The notes below the pieces were generated by a model. That model was not told where the DNA came from. It did no database searches and saw only the letters and a program-made list of their open reading frames with translations. This document shows, piece after piece, positions 36,424 to 49,220 of a DNA stretch of 64,000 nucleotides. The number at the start of each line of letters is the position of its first letter. Position 1 is the stretch's first letter. Source of the stretch: Octopus sinensis (Eukaryota). The stretch lies in contig NC_043023.1 in NCBI RefSeq assembly GCF_006345805.1, positions 2,046,001 to 2,110,000 on the forward strand, given 5' to 3'. Both the position numbers and the translations under genes were made by a program.

Positions 36424-36552
36424 TTATCTGCCAAAAGCCATTACAATTTCATGTGGAATGCTGTCAATACTGTCATTATCAAAATTTTCCATCAACATAT
36501 ACACAATTTCAAGAAGCTAGATCATGGTTTCAAATACCATGTGATGTAAAAG
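36424..36552 (+). CDS. Candidate 129-bp Cys-rich internal exon
   Basis: Acceptor CTCATCCCTTATCAG, donor AAAG|GTATAT. Only one frame is open: ICQKPLQFHVECCQYCHYQNF...SWFQIPCDVK. No homology check was possible. Confidence 0.25.
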
Positions 36553-36949
36553 GTATATTTTCCTTTTTCATTGCTTCGTATTTAAATTTTGAGAATATTT
36601 TTCATGAAAGACATATAATAATTTCAAAGAAGGATAAAACTCAAATCTTTTTCTAAAACACAAGCACACACACACACATACATGTGTGTGTGTGTGTGTG
36701 TGTGTATATATTGGGTAGTTATAAGGGATTTCTCTAAACATTTACCGTTTTACTCACAGTTAGGTATTCAAAAATTTCTCTATCTCAATGATTAATATAT
36801 AAATTCTATTATAATTCTTATAAGATAAGCATTCAAAGATATATTCTGTTGGTTTATTCCAAATAGATAACCTTTAACCATATGGGTTTCCTGGAGATTT
36901 TATTATATATAATAATAATTATTTTTACCCTAGGCACAAGGCCTTGAAA

Positions 36950-37510
36950 ATTATTTGGGTGGGGTGCTAGTCGATTACATTGACTCCAGTGCGTAACTGG
37001 TACTTATTGCATCAACCCCCCGAAAGGATGAAAGGCAAAGTAGTCGACCTCAGCAGAATTTGAACTCAGAACGCAGCAGCAGACAAAATACCACTAAGCA
37101 TTTCGCCTGGCATGCTAACAATTCTTTTTCACTCTAGGCACAAGGCCCGAAATTTTGGGGGAGGGGCCATTCGATTAGATGCCCCCCCTTCCCCAGTATG
37201 CAACTGGTACTTAATTTATCGACCCCAAAAGGATGAAAGGCAAAGTTGACCTCGGCGGAACTTGAACTCAGAATGTAAAGACAGACGAAATACTTGTTTC
37301 TTTACTACCCACAAGGGGCTAAACACAGAGGAGACGAATTAAGTCGATTACATCAACCCCAGTGCGTAACTGGTACTTAATTTATCGACCCCGAAAGGAC
37401 GAAAGGCAAGGTCGACCTCAGCAGAATTTGAACTCAGAGCATAAAGACAGATGAAATACTGCTAAGCATTTTGCCCAGCATGCTAACAATTCTGCCACCT
37501 CACCGCCTTA
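36950..37510 (-). mobile_element. Stack of S2-type SINE copies
   Basis: Three occurrences of the reverse-complement core CCGAAAGGA.GAAAGGCAAAGT.GACCTC. Confidence 0.8.
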
Positions 37511-37749
37511 ATACATATGATAATAATGAATATGATGAAATAGCATTTCATGAATTTTATTTTACAATTTGATTTAAATACAGCTTAATTTTGACCTACA
37601 CATGTTTCCATTACATTGGTTTGTAACTCTTACAGTTGCAACTTTGCTGTAATACTGGTGTAGTTTCTTCACTGTAATATCCTTTCAAATTGAATTGGTC
37701 AGAATTTTATGTTAATTTTAGTATTGTGCTAAATGAAGTAATGTTCGTT

Positions 37750-38045
37750 CCTTCTCAAGCCATGTCTGACTCATAAGAACTGGTTTCCCAGTTTCCTTGG
37801 CGTATAGGTTCCCCACCTGGACGGGACGCCGGTCCGTCGCAGGTGAGCTGCAAGATGTAGGAGGAAAGAGTAAGAGAAAGTTGTGGCGAAAGAGTCAGCA
37901 GAAGTTCGCCATTACCTTCTGCCGGAGCCGCATGGAGCTTAGGTGTTTCACTCATAAACACACACATCCCCTGGTCTGAGATTCGAACCCGCGACCCCTC
38001 AACTGCGAGTCCGCTGCTCTAACCACTAGGCCATGCACCTTCACA
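37750..38045 (-). mobile_element. tRNA-derived SINE family S3
   Basis: A/B-box head TGGCCTAGTGG...GTTCGAATC; homologous to 39105-39412, 44592-44890 and 56351-56652. Confidence 0.75.
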
Positions 38046-38196
38046 AATGAAGTAATAGTAAATAAACTTTATTTTGAATTCCAAATATCGATTGGATAAT
38101 TTCGTTTGTTTGTTTCATAGAGTTAGTCATTTCAAAATATTTCATTTCGTGTAATATCTTATGAGTGTTTGATTACTTAAAACCTATTTATATTGT

Positions 38197-38412
38197 TTAA
38201 AGGTCCATTTTGTTCATATCCAAGCATCTTAAAGCTTGTTCTTGCCTAGAATTTATTATCTTATATTCTGATGTAAAAATCTGGTAAAATTCTTCTATGC
38301 ATTAATCACATCTATTTCTCCCTGGTCTGTAAGGTTCAACAGTACTAATTAATTCCCAGTTGATAGTATAGTCCCTAATTCTACCTTGAATAAACCAGAT
38401 TAATTTACATAG
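38197..38412 (-). mobile_element. Penelope-like element GIY-YIG domain C-terminal relic
   Basis: IIWFIQGRIRDYTINWELISTVEPYRPGRNRCD*CIEEFYQI...IINSRQEQALRC..MNK fits the I.W.I...C.LC..E...LN.R.E...C pattern. Confidence 0.7.
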
Positions 38413-38555
38413 ACCAATGAAGGGGAAACATATATAGGTCAATATTAAGCTGTATTTAAATCAAAATGTAAATTAAAATTCATGAAATGCTATCTCCTCA
38501 TACTCCTTATATATAACTAATCAGATACATTGCAGAACTGTTATTTTAATGAGTT

Positions 38556-38730
38556 AAGGCGGCGAGCTGGCAGAATCGTTAGCACGCCGGGCGAAATGCT
38601 TAGCAGTATTTCGTCTGCCGCTATGTTCTGAGTTCAAATTCCGCTGAGGTCGACTTTGCACTGGGGTCGATGTAATCGACTTAATCCGGTTGTCTGTCCT
38701 TGTTTGTCCTTGTGGGTAATAAAGAAATAG
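38556..38730 (+). mobile_element. SINE S2 with an internal deletion
   Basis: Head intact, core deleted. Confidence 0.75.
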
Positions 38731-39104
38731 ATATTTTAATGAGTTATATCTATTTTTTATCACCTGAAGAGCCACATCTGCAATGTTGGATACTCCTGAA
38801 ACAGTTGTTAAATATCCCACCCATGAGGGATCAATGCTGGGTGGGTTGAGACAATTGTTGTGATTAATAACAATTCTTGTTTCTTCCATCTTCCATCTCT
38901 CATTATATATACCCACTACACTCTCTAAGTGGTTGGTGTTAGGAAGGGCATCCAGCTGTAGAAACTCTGCCAGACCAGATTGGAGCCAGGTGCAGCTGCT
39001 GGCTCTGTAGACCTCAGTCAAACCGTCCAACAGACGTTAAATGATGATGATGATAACTAGCTTTCTGAGTTTCTGTTTACCAATTCCACTCACAAGGCTT
39101 TGGT

Positions 39105-39412
39105 GTGAAGGCACATGGCCTAGTGGTCAGAGCGGCAGACTCGCAGTCAAGGGATCGCGAGTTTGAATCTCAGACTGGGCAATGTGTGTGTGTTTATGAG
39201 CAAAACACCTAAGCTCCACGCGGCTCCGGCAGAAGGTAATGGTGAACTTCTGCTGACTCTTTTGCCACAAATTTCTCTCACTCTTTCCTCCTGCATCTAG
39301 CAGCTCACCTGTGACAGACCGGCATCCTGTCCAGGTGGGGACCCTATTTGCCAAGGAAACTGGGAAACCGGCCCTTATGAGCCAGGCATGGCTTCAGAAG
39401 GAACAAACAAAC
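39105..39412 (+). mobile_element. SINE S3
   Basis: Homologous to 37750-38045. Confidence 0.75.
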
Positions 39413-39510
39413 AAGGCTTTGGTCAGCCTGAGGTTATAGTAGAAAACACTTGCCCAAGGTGCCATGCCGTGGGACTGAACCTGGAATCACGTGGTTGGGA
39501 AGCAAACTTC

Positions 39511-39543
<33 letters not shown>

Positions 39544-39844
39544 AGTGTTTTATGCTGAAGTATGGAAATATTATCGGGTTGCTATGTGAAGCGCACTTTG
39601 TACTATGAGTGCTACTTCTGCCGCTACTACTACTATTACTACTACTACTACTACTACTACTACTGCTGCTACTACTACTGTTACTCTGACTATTCTTCTT
39701 TCTGGTGTTATTCAAAGAGGCATCTGTATGGCCACGCTTCATTAAGCTTTGTGTGCAGTTATGGAGAGAGAAACAATTTTTCGCTGCATTTTATAACAAA
39801 GTTTACCAAATATGAAAGGATGTTCAATGTAACGGACATACACA

Positions 39845-40185
39845 CCGTATGTATGTATGTATGTATGTAGGTTTGTAAATGTGTGTATGTATGTATGTTT
39901 AGGAATGCATGTATGCATGCATATCTGTGTGTGTGTATGTATATGTATGTATACACACACAGACAAAATATAGCATACTCATATGTATACATTTATGTAG
40001 TTATATATTTACACACACACAAACATTATACCAAATAAATATATGTGTGTGTGCACATATGCGTGTGTGTATGTATATACTCAGTAGGTCTTTGTCTATC
40101 TGTAAACGTTTATATATATATACTTGCAATATGTGTATACTCATAAGCTTGTGTATGTATGCACATATACATACAAACATTAAAA

Positions 40186-40243
<58 letters not shown>

Positions 40244-40367
40244 TCATACTAAGACCTTTGGCTATCTGTATACAAATATATAATATATACACAGCATGAT
40301 TATATACACAGCACTGATATATATAAACTTGTACACACACACACACATATATATATATACATATCTA

Positions 40368-40405
<38 letters not shown>

Positions 40406-40710
40406 AGTATATATACATGCATGCATGCATATATATATATATATATACATATTTCGTTATACATATATGTCTCACTCAGTATCTGTGTGTGTGTGTGTGT
40501 GTGTATTTACGACAGCCCCCTAGACACTCCATACATGTCTAATAACTGAAGGATCGCAGTTTTAACCTACATCATCTCTGTTTCCTGTAACTTGGCTAAT
40601 GAAGCTTAGAATTTTCAAATACTGTCATACTCAGGCGTGTATATATGTGGGAACATGTATACATATATCTATATACACACACACGTGTCCGTGTGTGTGT
40701 GTGTGTATAT

Positions 40711-40769
<59 letters not shown>

Positions 40770-41089
40770 CAAACATATATACATATGTGTGTATATATAT
40801 ATATATGTGTGTATGTGTGTGTGCGCACACACATACTGTGAAAGGTATATGGATATATTTATATAAGTATGTGTGTATTGATATATACATGATATATATA
40901 TATATATATGTGTGCATATACATCTATATATCTATATCTTTATAAATATGCATGTATGTATATTTATATATGTACATATAATGCATATGTGTGTATACAT
41001 GTATTTATGTATATATGTATGAATGTGTATGTGTGTATATACATATATGACTGCATATATGGACACACATATGTGAATATATATGTGAA

Positions 41090-41120
<31 letters not shown>

Positions 41121-41186
41121 TGAGGGAATATATGAAGATGTATATAAATTTACTTTTATATACAATCTAGTGTATATTATTGTGCG

Positions 41187-41218
<32 letters not shown>

Positions 41219-41385
41219 CAGATATAATTATATATAATATATATTATTATACGTAATTACATATATCTGTGTGAGTGCTTGTATGTTTATATTATGTGTG
41301 TAATATAACTATAGATAAATACATACATATATATATATGTATATATGTATGTATATATATGTGTGTATATGTATGTATAGACAGA
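39845..41385. repeat. (TA)n/(TG)n low-complexity tract
   Basis: Direct reading. Confidence 0.9.
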
Positions 41386-41565
41386 TAACTGGAAGAGATA
41401 AAATGGATGTAATGATGTAGAAACAAAGCTACAAGTATGATGGATAGTTCTGTCAAAGAATGACATGGACATAACATTATACTAGTTACCTCCCTGGGGC
41501 CGTGAAGATGGAGATGGAACTGGTAGCGGTGGTAGTGGTGGTGGTGGCACTTGTTGTGGTGGGTA

Positions 41566-42285
41566 TTGTTGTTATTTAGCCCCAGGTCAGTCCTGGTCCA
41601 ACAGACCTATGATCAAAGATGTTCTACTTGTGACCATCATGTCTTTATATTCGGGCATAGTCTATCTAGGACTGTATTATCTAATGTGCAGTATAAGAGT
41701 TATTGTTGTTTAGCCCCAGGTCAGTCCTGATCCAGCAGACCTATGATCAAAGATGTTCTACTTGTGACCATCCTGTCTTTATATTCGGGCATAGTCTATC
41801 TAGGACTATATTATCTAATGTGCAGTATGATAGTTATTGTTGTTTAGCCCCTGGTCAGTCCTGGTCCAACAGACTTATGATCAAAGAAGTTCTACTTGTG
41901 ACCATCCTGTCTTTTATTCAGGCATAGTGTATCTAGGACTCCATTATCTAATGTTCAGTATAGTAGTTAGTATTAGTGGTGTGTCTAGATCCAGATAGGC
42001 TTATGATCAAAGACGTTCCAGCTGTGACCATCCCATCTTTTATTCAGTCATAGTGTATCTAGGACTACATTATCCAATGTACAGTATTGTAGTCTGTATT
42101 AGTGGTTATGGTTGTTGTTGTTGTTGCTTAGCCCCAGGTCAGTCCTAATCCAGTTGACCTATGATCAAAGATGTTCCAGCTGCGACCACCCCATCTTTTA
42201 TTCAGGCATAGTGTATCTAGGACTACAGTATCTAATGTATAGTATTGATTGTAAGTATTCGTGGTTATGGTTGTTGTTGTTGTTG
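41566..42285. repeat. ~135-bp tandem repeat, five units
   Basis: TTTAGCCCCAGGTCAGTCCT...TATGATCAAAGA.GTTC...GTGACCATC...TATCTAGGACT repeated. Confidence 0.9.
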
Positions 42286-42516
42286 TTAAAGGCAATCCAA
42301 TGAAGATCTCTCAACTTTCTTTCCAAGCTTTTCAATGTTTGGTATTGTATTAAATTCAACCTGTCCTTCAACCTTCAATTTAGAATTCTGTGATTTGAGG
42401 TTAGTGTGGTTATGATTTCTAGCATGTCCTGTACCTGAAGTAGTCCAAGCCTTTATGCTCTGTCTTGATAAACATGTACCAGCTATTTCCGTTTCATGAA
42501 CTATCTGGGTTTGTAC
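42286..42516 (-). CDS. Candidate exon in unique sequence
   Basis: Acceptor TTTCTTTTACAG|G, then 76 open codons (VQTQIVHE...SSLDCL*). No recognisable domain. Confidence 0.25.
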   Translation of the reverse strand, partial: VQTQIVHETEIAGTCLSRQSIKAWTTSGTGHARNHNHTNLKSQNSKLKVEGQVEFNTIPNIEKLGKKVERSSLDCL

Positions 42517-43104
42517 CTGTAAAAGAAATCGATATTTAGACCAGGTGCGGATCAAATAGATGCATTATCGGGGTCATTCTAGCCATGACCATCCCTTCTC
42601 ATTATTTATATTTTGGATTACATTCTTTAATATCTCTTTCTTCAATTATGACAGGATGGTTGAATTTGAGGAACATTTGGCTGCTATTTCTACCAGGTAA
42701 AGCCACCGTGAAGAGGTCTCTCGCATTGGCTCATACATACATATATACATAAGACAGTAGGGTGTGATTTGAGGGAGAATTGGTTGCTATTTCTAACAGG
42801 TCTTGCTACCATGTAGAGGTCTCGTTTATTGTCTCACACTGGGGTTGATGTAATCGACTTAATCCCTTTGTCTGTCCTTGTTTGTCCCCTCTGTGTTTAG
42901 CCCCTTGTGGGTAGTAAAGAAATATACATACAGTCGGTTTCACACTAGGAGGTCAACAAATTGTTTGGTAACAGTCTGATTATGTGACCCTGTACTCTTT
43001 AGAGGTAGCTGTTATGGAATGAAATATGGTGACTGTTTGCACCTGTTGGAGGTGAATGGATGCATCCAATTTGTGGTTGCTGTGGGAAAAATGATGAAAT
43101 GAAT

Positions 43105-43400
43105 CAAGGATTTGGTAGACGGAAACTGAAGGAAGCCCATTGTATATGTGCATATATATATATATATATATGCATGTGTGTGTTTGTGTGTCTGTGTTTG
43201 TACCCCTCGCATTGCTTGACAACCAATGCTGGTGTGTTTATGTCCCCGTTACTTAGCGGTTCGGCATAAGAGAACGATAGAATAAGTACTGGGCTTACAA
43301 AAGAATAAGTCCCGGGGTTGAGTTGCTTGATTAAGGCGGTGCTCCAGCATGGCCGCAGTCAAATGACTGAAACAAGTAAAAGAGTAGAGAGTAAAGAGAG
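43105..43400 (+). mobile_element. SINE S1 (5'-truncated)
   Basis: Middle and tail homology. Confidence 0.8.
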
Positions 43401-43631
43401 GAGATTACGTCAAGAGTTATGTCCCTTGGTATGAAAGCATCTCTGGGACTGGTTTTGTTGCAAGTTGGTGGAAGTTTCCTGGAAAAGAGTTTATAGGAAA
43501 CGTGTGTGTCCTTGTGGAAATGGAAAGTGTCAAGAGGTACTATATGTATAACTTTTGCCAGGAGTAATATATATATATGTGTGTGTGTGTGTGTAAGAGA
43601 GACAATAAAAGAATAAATGGTTATCTTATGA

Positions 43632-44003
43632 ACTTTTACTTGTTTCAGTCATTTGACTGTGGCCATGCTGGAGCACTGCCTTTAGTCGAGCAAATCGACC
43701 CCCAGGACGTATTCTTTGTAAGCCTAGTACTTATTCTATCAGTCTCTTTTGCTGAACTACAAAGTTATGGGGACGTAAACACACCAGCATCGGTTGTCAA
43801 GCGATGTTGGGGGGACAAACACACACACACACACACACATATATATACATATACATATATACGACAGGCTTCTTTCAGTTTCCGTCTTCCAAATCCACTC
43901 ACAAGGCTTTGGTCGGCCCGGGGCTATAGTAGAAGACACTTTCCCAAGGTGCCACACAGTGGGACTGAACCTGGAACCATGTGGTTGGTAAGCAAGCTAC
44001 TTA
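43632..44003 (-). mobile_element. SINE S1
   Basis: Full-length copy. Confidence 0.85.
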
Positions 44004-44254
44004 GCACACAGCCACTCTTATGCCTAACTTCATTAACTTTCAGCTCTTTTTGTTATAAGAGGGAATGGACTCATAGTTGAGTGCCTCAATAACACCTCCT
44101 AGAAATGTTTCTCAACATTTTTACCTTTTGTAACCCTTAAAATGAATTACATGTCTCAAGGAACCCCTGCACAAAAGAAATTATATACCGTATGTACGTC
44201 ATATTTTTTCATCGTAGATCACATGGTAAATATATATATATTCTTTTATACTCT

Positions 44255-44452
44255 AAGCACAAGGCCAAAATTTGGGGTTGGGCAGTTGATTAGATTGATC
44301 CCAGTATGCAACTCGTGCTTAATTTATCGACCCCGGAAGGATGTAAGGCAAAGTCAACCTTGCCAGAATTTGAACTCAGAACATAAAGACAGATGAAATA
44401 CCACTAAGCATTTCCCCTAGGGTACTTACATTTCTGCCAGCTCGCCACCTTT
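44255..44452 (-). mobile_element. SINE S2
   Basis: Diverged head and core. Confidence 0.7.
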
Positions 44453-44491
44453 CATACATATATATATATATATATAATATATATATATAAT

Positions 44492-44539
<48 letters not shown>

Positions 44540-44591
44540 ATATAATATATAATATAATATATATATAATATATAATATATATATATATCAC

Positions 44592-44890
44592 CATGAACCG
44601 ACCAGGCTATCAGATGTGGCTACACATTGCTGGTCACAATGCGCTTCTCATTGTTTTAGCCTTCAAATATCGCCACCCCGCTGACTAAGCGAGCAGGCCA
44701 ACAGAAGAAAGAGAGAGAGAAAGTTGTGGTGAAAGAGTACAGCAGGGATCACCACCATCCCCTGCCGGAGCCTCGTGGTGCTTTAGGTGTTTTCGCTCAA
44801 TAAACACTCACAACGCCTGGTCTGGGAATCACAAAGTGCGATTCGACAACCGTGAGTCCGCTGCCCTAACCACTGGCCATTGCGCCTCCA
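44592..44890 (-). mobile_element. SINE S3
   Basis: Head and body homology to 56351-56652. Confidence 0.75.
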
Positions 44891-45197
44891 CGTATATATA
44901 TATGTATGTGTGTAGATGTATATATATATATAACGATCATGAAGTTAGCATTAGCTTATCTCACTCTTTCTCATGGAACACCTAGGAACCTTCTGCAGAA
45001 CCTTTGGTTTCCGAGGATCCCTGGTTGAGGAACACTGCCTTAAAGCTTCATCAGAGCTTTGAATATGAAGTTTGATTTATTTGAGGAAAAATTACATTTG
45101 TGTGTAATTAAGGAATGGTATCAACAATGAGAAAAGTTAATGCAGGTGTATATAGGAAAATGGTATTCCAAAAGGTAATTAAATGCATCAGTGGAAA

Positions 45198-45347
45198 TAG
45201 GAGTGGCTGTGTGGTAAGTAGCTTGTTTACCAGCCACATGGTTCCAGGTTCAGTCTCACCTTGGGTAAGTGTCTTCTACTATAGCCCCGGGCCGACCAAT
45301 GCCTTGTGAGTGGATTTGGTAGACGGAAACTGAAAGAAGCCTGTTGC

Positions 45348-45385
<38 letters not shown>

Positions 45386-45602
45386 TTGTGTGTCTGTGTT
45401 TGTCCCCCTAGCATTGCTTGACAACCGATGCTGGTGTGTTTATGTCCCCGTTACTTAGCGGTTCGGCAAAAGAGACCAATAGAATAAGTACTGGGCTTAC
45501 AAAAGAATAAGTCCTGGGCTCAAGTTGCTCGATTAAAAGTGGTGCTCCAGCATGGCCGCAGTCAAATGACTGAAACAAGTAAAAGAGTAAAAGAGTAAAG
45601 AG
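45198..45602 (+). mobile_element. SINE S1
   Basis: Full-length copy with a small deletion. Confidence 0.85.
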
Positions 45603-46011
45603 TATATGTGTATGCAGGTACTCTGAGACAATCGCCAATACAGAATGACTTATGCCAAACTCTAACTCACAGACACACATATTGAGTTCTACACCAGGTT
45701 ATTGGTCTTGCAATGGCTAAGTGAAGTGTGTGTACTGTGGTTGGTTTATGTATAAGTAATAGTAGACATGGTGGTAGTGTCTAGGTTGTGATATTGCTAG
45801 TGGTGTGGTAATGATGTTGGTCTTGGTGGTATTGGTGGTGGTTTTGATATTGGTGGTTGTAGCATGGTGGTAGTAGCATTGTGTGTGATGATGATGGTAG
45901 TAGTTGTGTTAGTGATGGTGGTAGTGTTGGTGGCAGTTGTTAGTGGTGGTGCTTGTAGTGTTGGTCATGGTGGTGGTGGTGGTAGTTGTTGGTAGTAACA
46001 GTGTATACTTT

Positions 46012-46279
46012 TTACTCTCTTTACTCTTTTACTGGTTTCAGTCATGTGACTGTGGCCATGCTAGAGCACTGCCTTTAATCGAGCAAATCTACCCCAGGAC
46101 TTGTTCTTTGTAAGCCTAGTACTTATTTTATCAGTCTCTTTTGCCGAACCGCTAAGTTATGGGGACGTAAACACACCAGAATTGGTTCTCAAGCGATGTT
46201 GTGGGGGCGAGGGGACAAACGCAGACACACAAACATATATATACACACACACACATATATATATATATATGTATATACT

Positions 46280-46320
<41 letters not shown>

Positions 46321-46483
46321 GGCGGGTTTCTTTCAGTTTCCGTCTACTAAATCCACTCACAAGGCTTTGGTTGGCCCAAGGCTATAGTAGAAGACACTTG
46401 CCCAAGGTGTCACGCAATGGGACTGAACCAAGAACCATGTGGTTGGTAAACAAGCTACTTACCACACAACCACTCATGCACCT
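46012..46483 (-). mobile_element. SINE S1
   Basis: Full-length copy. Confidence 0.85.
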
Positions 46484-46789
46484 ATAAGTGTATGCTAATG
46501 TTGGTGGTGGCAGTGATATTGGTGTTAGCGGCATGGAATTGTGGTAGAGACATTTGTGGGTGTGGTGGTGGCTTTGGTGGTCGTTGTGGTGGAGATGGTG
46601 GTGTCGTATGTCTGGGTAGTAGTAGTGGTGGTGGCGTCATTTTAAATTGATGTAGTGAGGTTCAGAGGTAAGGTGATTTGAAACCCTCACCTCTCCTCCA
46701 TTCTTGATGTCAGATCAGTGTTTGTCTGAGACTGCGGGGTGGGGGAGAGGAGGAAGAGCATACAGGGCCACAGGAAGACCTGTAGCTTG

Positions 46790-47729
46790 ACTCATGTGTC
46801 TGTGTGTGTGTATGGGTGTATGTGTATATATGTGACTGTATATAAGAATGTGTGTGTGTTTGTGTAATCTGAGTATAGGAATGTGTGTGAGGTTGTGTAA
46901 GAATTTGTGTGTGTCTGTGTTTGTATGTGTGTGAATGTAACTGTATGTGTGTGTGTGAAAGTGCATGTGTTATTATATGTGTATGAATGTAATTTCATGT
47001 GTGTGAATATGTGTGTATATGAATGTAACTGTATGTGTGTTTTTGTGTGTATGTATGAATGTAATTGTGTGTGTTTGTGTGTGTATAAATGAAACTATGT
47101 GAATGTGTGTGTATGTGTATGAATGTAACTGTCAGTGTGTGTGTGTTTGTATGTCTGTGATTATGTGAATATATGCATGTGTGTGACTGTATAATTGTAA
47201 ATGTGTGTGAATAAGTGTGTGTTTGTGTATGAATGTAACTGTGTGAGTTTGTGTGTGTATAAATGAAACTATGTGAATGTGTTTGTATGTGAATATATGC
47301 ATGTGTGTAATTGTGTATAATTGTAAATGTGTGTTTGTGAATAAGTGTGTGTGTGTGTGTATGACAGTGTATGAATGTAAATTTTGTGTGTGAATGGGTG
47401 TGTGTGTGTGTGTATGAACGTAAATGCGAGTGTGTGAATATGTGTGAATAAGTTTGTGCATGTCATTACATGAATGTGTGTGTGTGTGTGTGCATGTGTA
47501 AGAAAGTAACTCTGTCTGAATGTGTGTGCATGTGTGCATGACTAGATGCAATTGCTGGGTACAAGTGAGTGTGTGTGTATGTATGCAACTATATGTGTGT
47601 GTGTCTATGTATCTGAATGTGTGTGTGAATGTGACTGAAGTGTGTATGTGCTTTTATGTTCTGTGTGACACTGTGTGTGTGTGTGACACTGTGTGTGTGT
47701 GTGTGACACTGTGTGTGTGTGTGTGTGAC

Positions 47730-47768
<39 letters not shown>

Positions 47769-47960
47769 CTATGGCTGTAGTGTGTATATGACTACGTATA
47801 TGAAGATGCATGTGTATGGTTGTGTGTGTGTGTGTATGGATGTGTGACTATGTATGTGTGTAGCTTTGTGTGCCTTTGTCTGAGTGTGTGCATATGTACA
47901 TCTATCTATCAGTGTATGCGTCTGTATCAAAGTGTCTGTGTGTGTTCATGTGTCTGTACA
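46790..47960. repeat. (TG)n-rich low-complexity tract
   Basis: Direct reading. Confidence 0.9.
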
Positions 47961-48475
47961 TGACTGTACATGTGGGAATGGTTTCAGCCATTAGACTGTG
48001 GCCATGCTGAAGCATCACGTTGAGGAAATTATAGTTAAACAAATTGACCCCAGCCCTTAGCTTATTTTTGTTTCAAACCTGATACTTATTCTATCAGTCC
48101 CTTTTGTTGAACTGCTAAGTTATGGAGACACAAACACATAAAAAAAAAATTTTTAAATGCACCCTTTTAAAGCCTAGCCAGGCTCATGGGCCCGGTTTCC
48201 TGGTTTCAATAGCATATGTGTTCCTCAGCTGGACAGGACGCCAGCGTTACTCATTTTTGCCAGCTGAGTGGACTGGAGCAACGTGAAATGAAGTGTTTTG
48301 CTCAAGAACTTAACGCATCGCCTGGTCCAGGAATCGAAACCACAATCTTCCAATCATGATGCTGACACCCTAACCACTAAGCCACACACCACACACATAT
48401 ATTTTCAACATGTAAATACTGAACAGTATATATAAAGGATAAAATCCTTTTTAAGTGCATAAAAATTTGCCAGCA

Positions 48476-48548
48476 AAAAGCCATGAGGATCAAACTCACA
48501 ACCCTCCAATATCCAGTTGGAGTACTCTACCCTATAAGCTAAACTGCT
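48476..48548 (-). pseudogene. tRNA-like cloverleaf (pseudo-tRNA or solo SINE head)
   Basis: Minus strand shows D-arm GCTT/GAGT, anticodon stem CTCCAA/TTGGAG and T-arm GTGAG-TTTGATC-CTCAT. The acceptor stem is wobble-rich and the anticodon loop is atypical. Confidence 0.4.
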
Positions 48549-48733
48549 GACTGGCGAATTCTTCTGCAATTTTAGGATGTTATAAAGTCATCCAGAAACG
48601 CTGGATATCATATATATATTATGCCATATATAAACAAACATAAGTTTGTTTTTGAAGCATTGAAATGTAGAAAAATTTCGTTTTTGGATTTGGTTTGCAA
48701 GGTTCTTTATATGAGTTCATGTGTTGAAGCATA

Positions 48734-48880
48734 TTCTGTTGTGTCTGGGGAGAGTCATTTTCTTTTTGTGCCTTATAATGTAACTTTAAATAAAAATATG
48801 GAAAAAGTGGAAATTTTACCGGTGAGTGTGATACATTATAAGGCACAAAAAGAAAATAACTCTCCCCAGACACAACAGAA
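48734..48880. repeat. Inverted repeat with 49-bp arms
   Basis: 48734-48782 versus 48832-48880, one mismatch; no clear TSD. Confidence 0.85.
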
Positions 48881-48922
48881 GTAGAAATGATAACTAAGTT
48901 ATTTTACCAAATTCTTTGCTCA

Positions 48923-49075
48923 GATGCATAACGGATTTTTGTCAGTGAACAGGTCGCGGATTTTAGCGACGAAAATATTTTGACAAATTAAACTTAAATG
49001 TTGAAGTGAATCGAACGGCTTTTGTGTGTTTCTTAAATGGCTTACAAACACCTTCCATGCGGCAATTGTTTGTTA
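48923..49075 (+). repeat. Unclassified dispersed repeat, ~150 bp
   Basis: Second copy at 54747-54895 (TTTTGTCAGTGAACAGGTCGC...AAACACCTTCCA). Confidence 0.7.
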
Positions 49076-49220
49076 TATTTAAAATTAATTAAAGCACAAA
49101 GCATCTCAACAGAAATACAGTAACAAAAAGGTTAAAAGAAAGATTACATTGTCGCCAGGAGCTACATGTTAACACATGAAGGATTAAATCACAATGTGAG
49201 AACATATATATATATATATA

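Noticed and set aside
38760-38815. CTGAAGA...GAAAC-AGTT-GTT hammerhead-like relic
   Set aside because: Stem I and the base of stem II do not pair cleanly; single degenerate copy.
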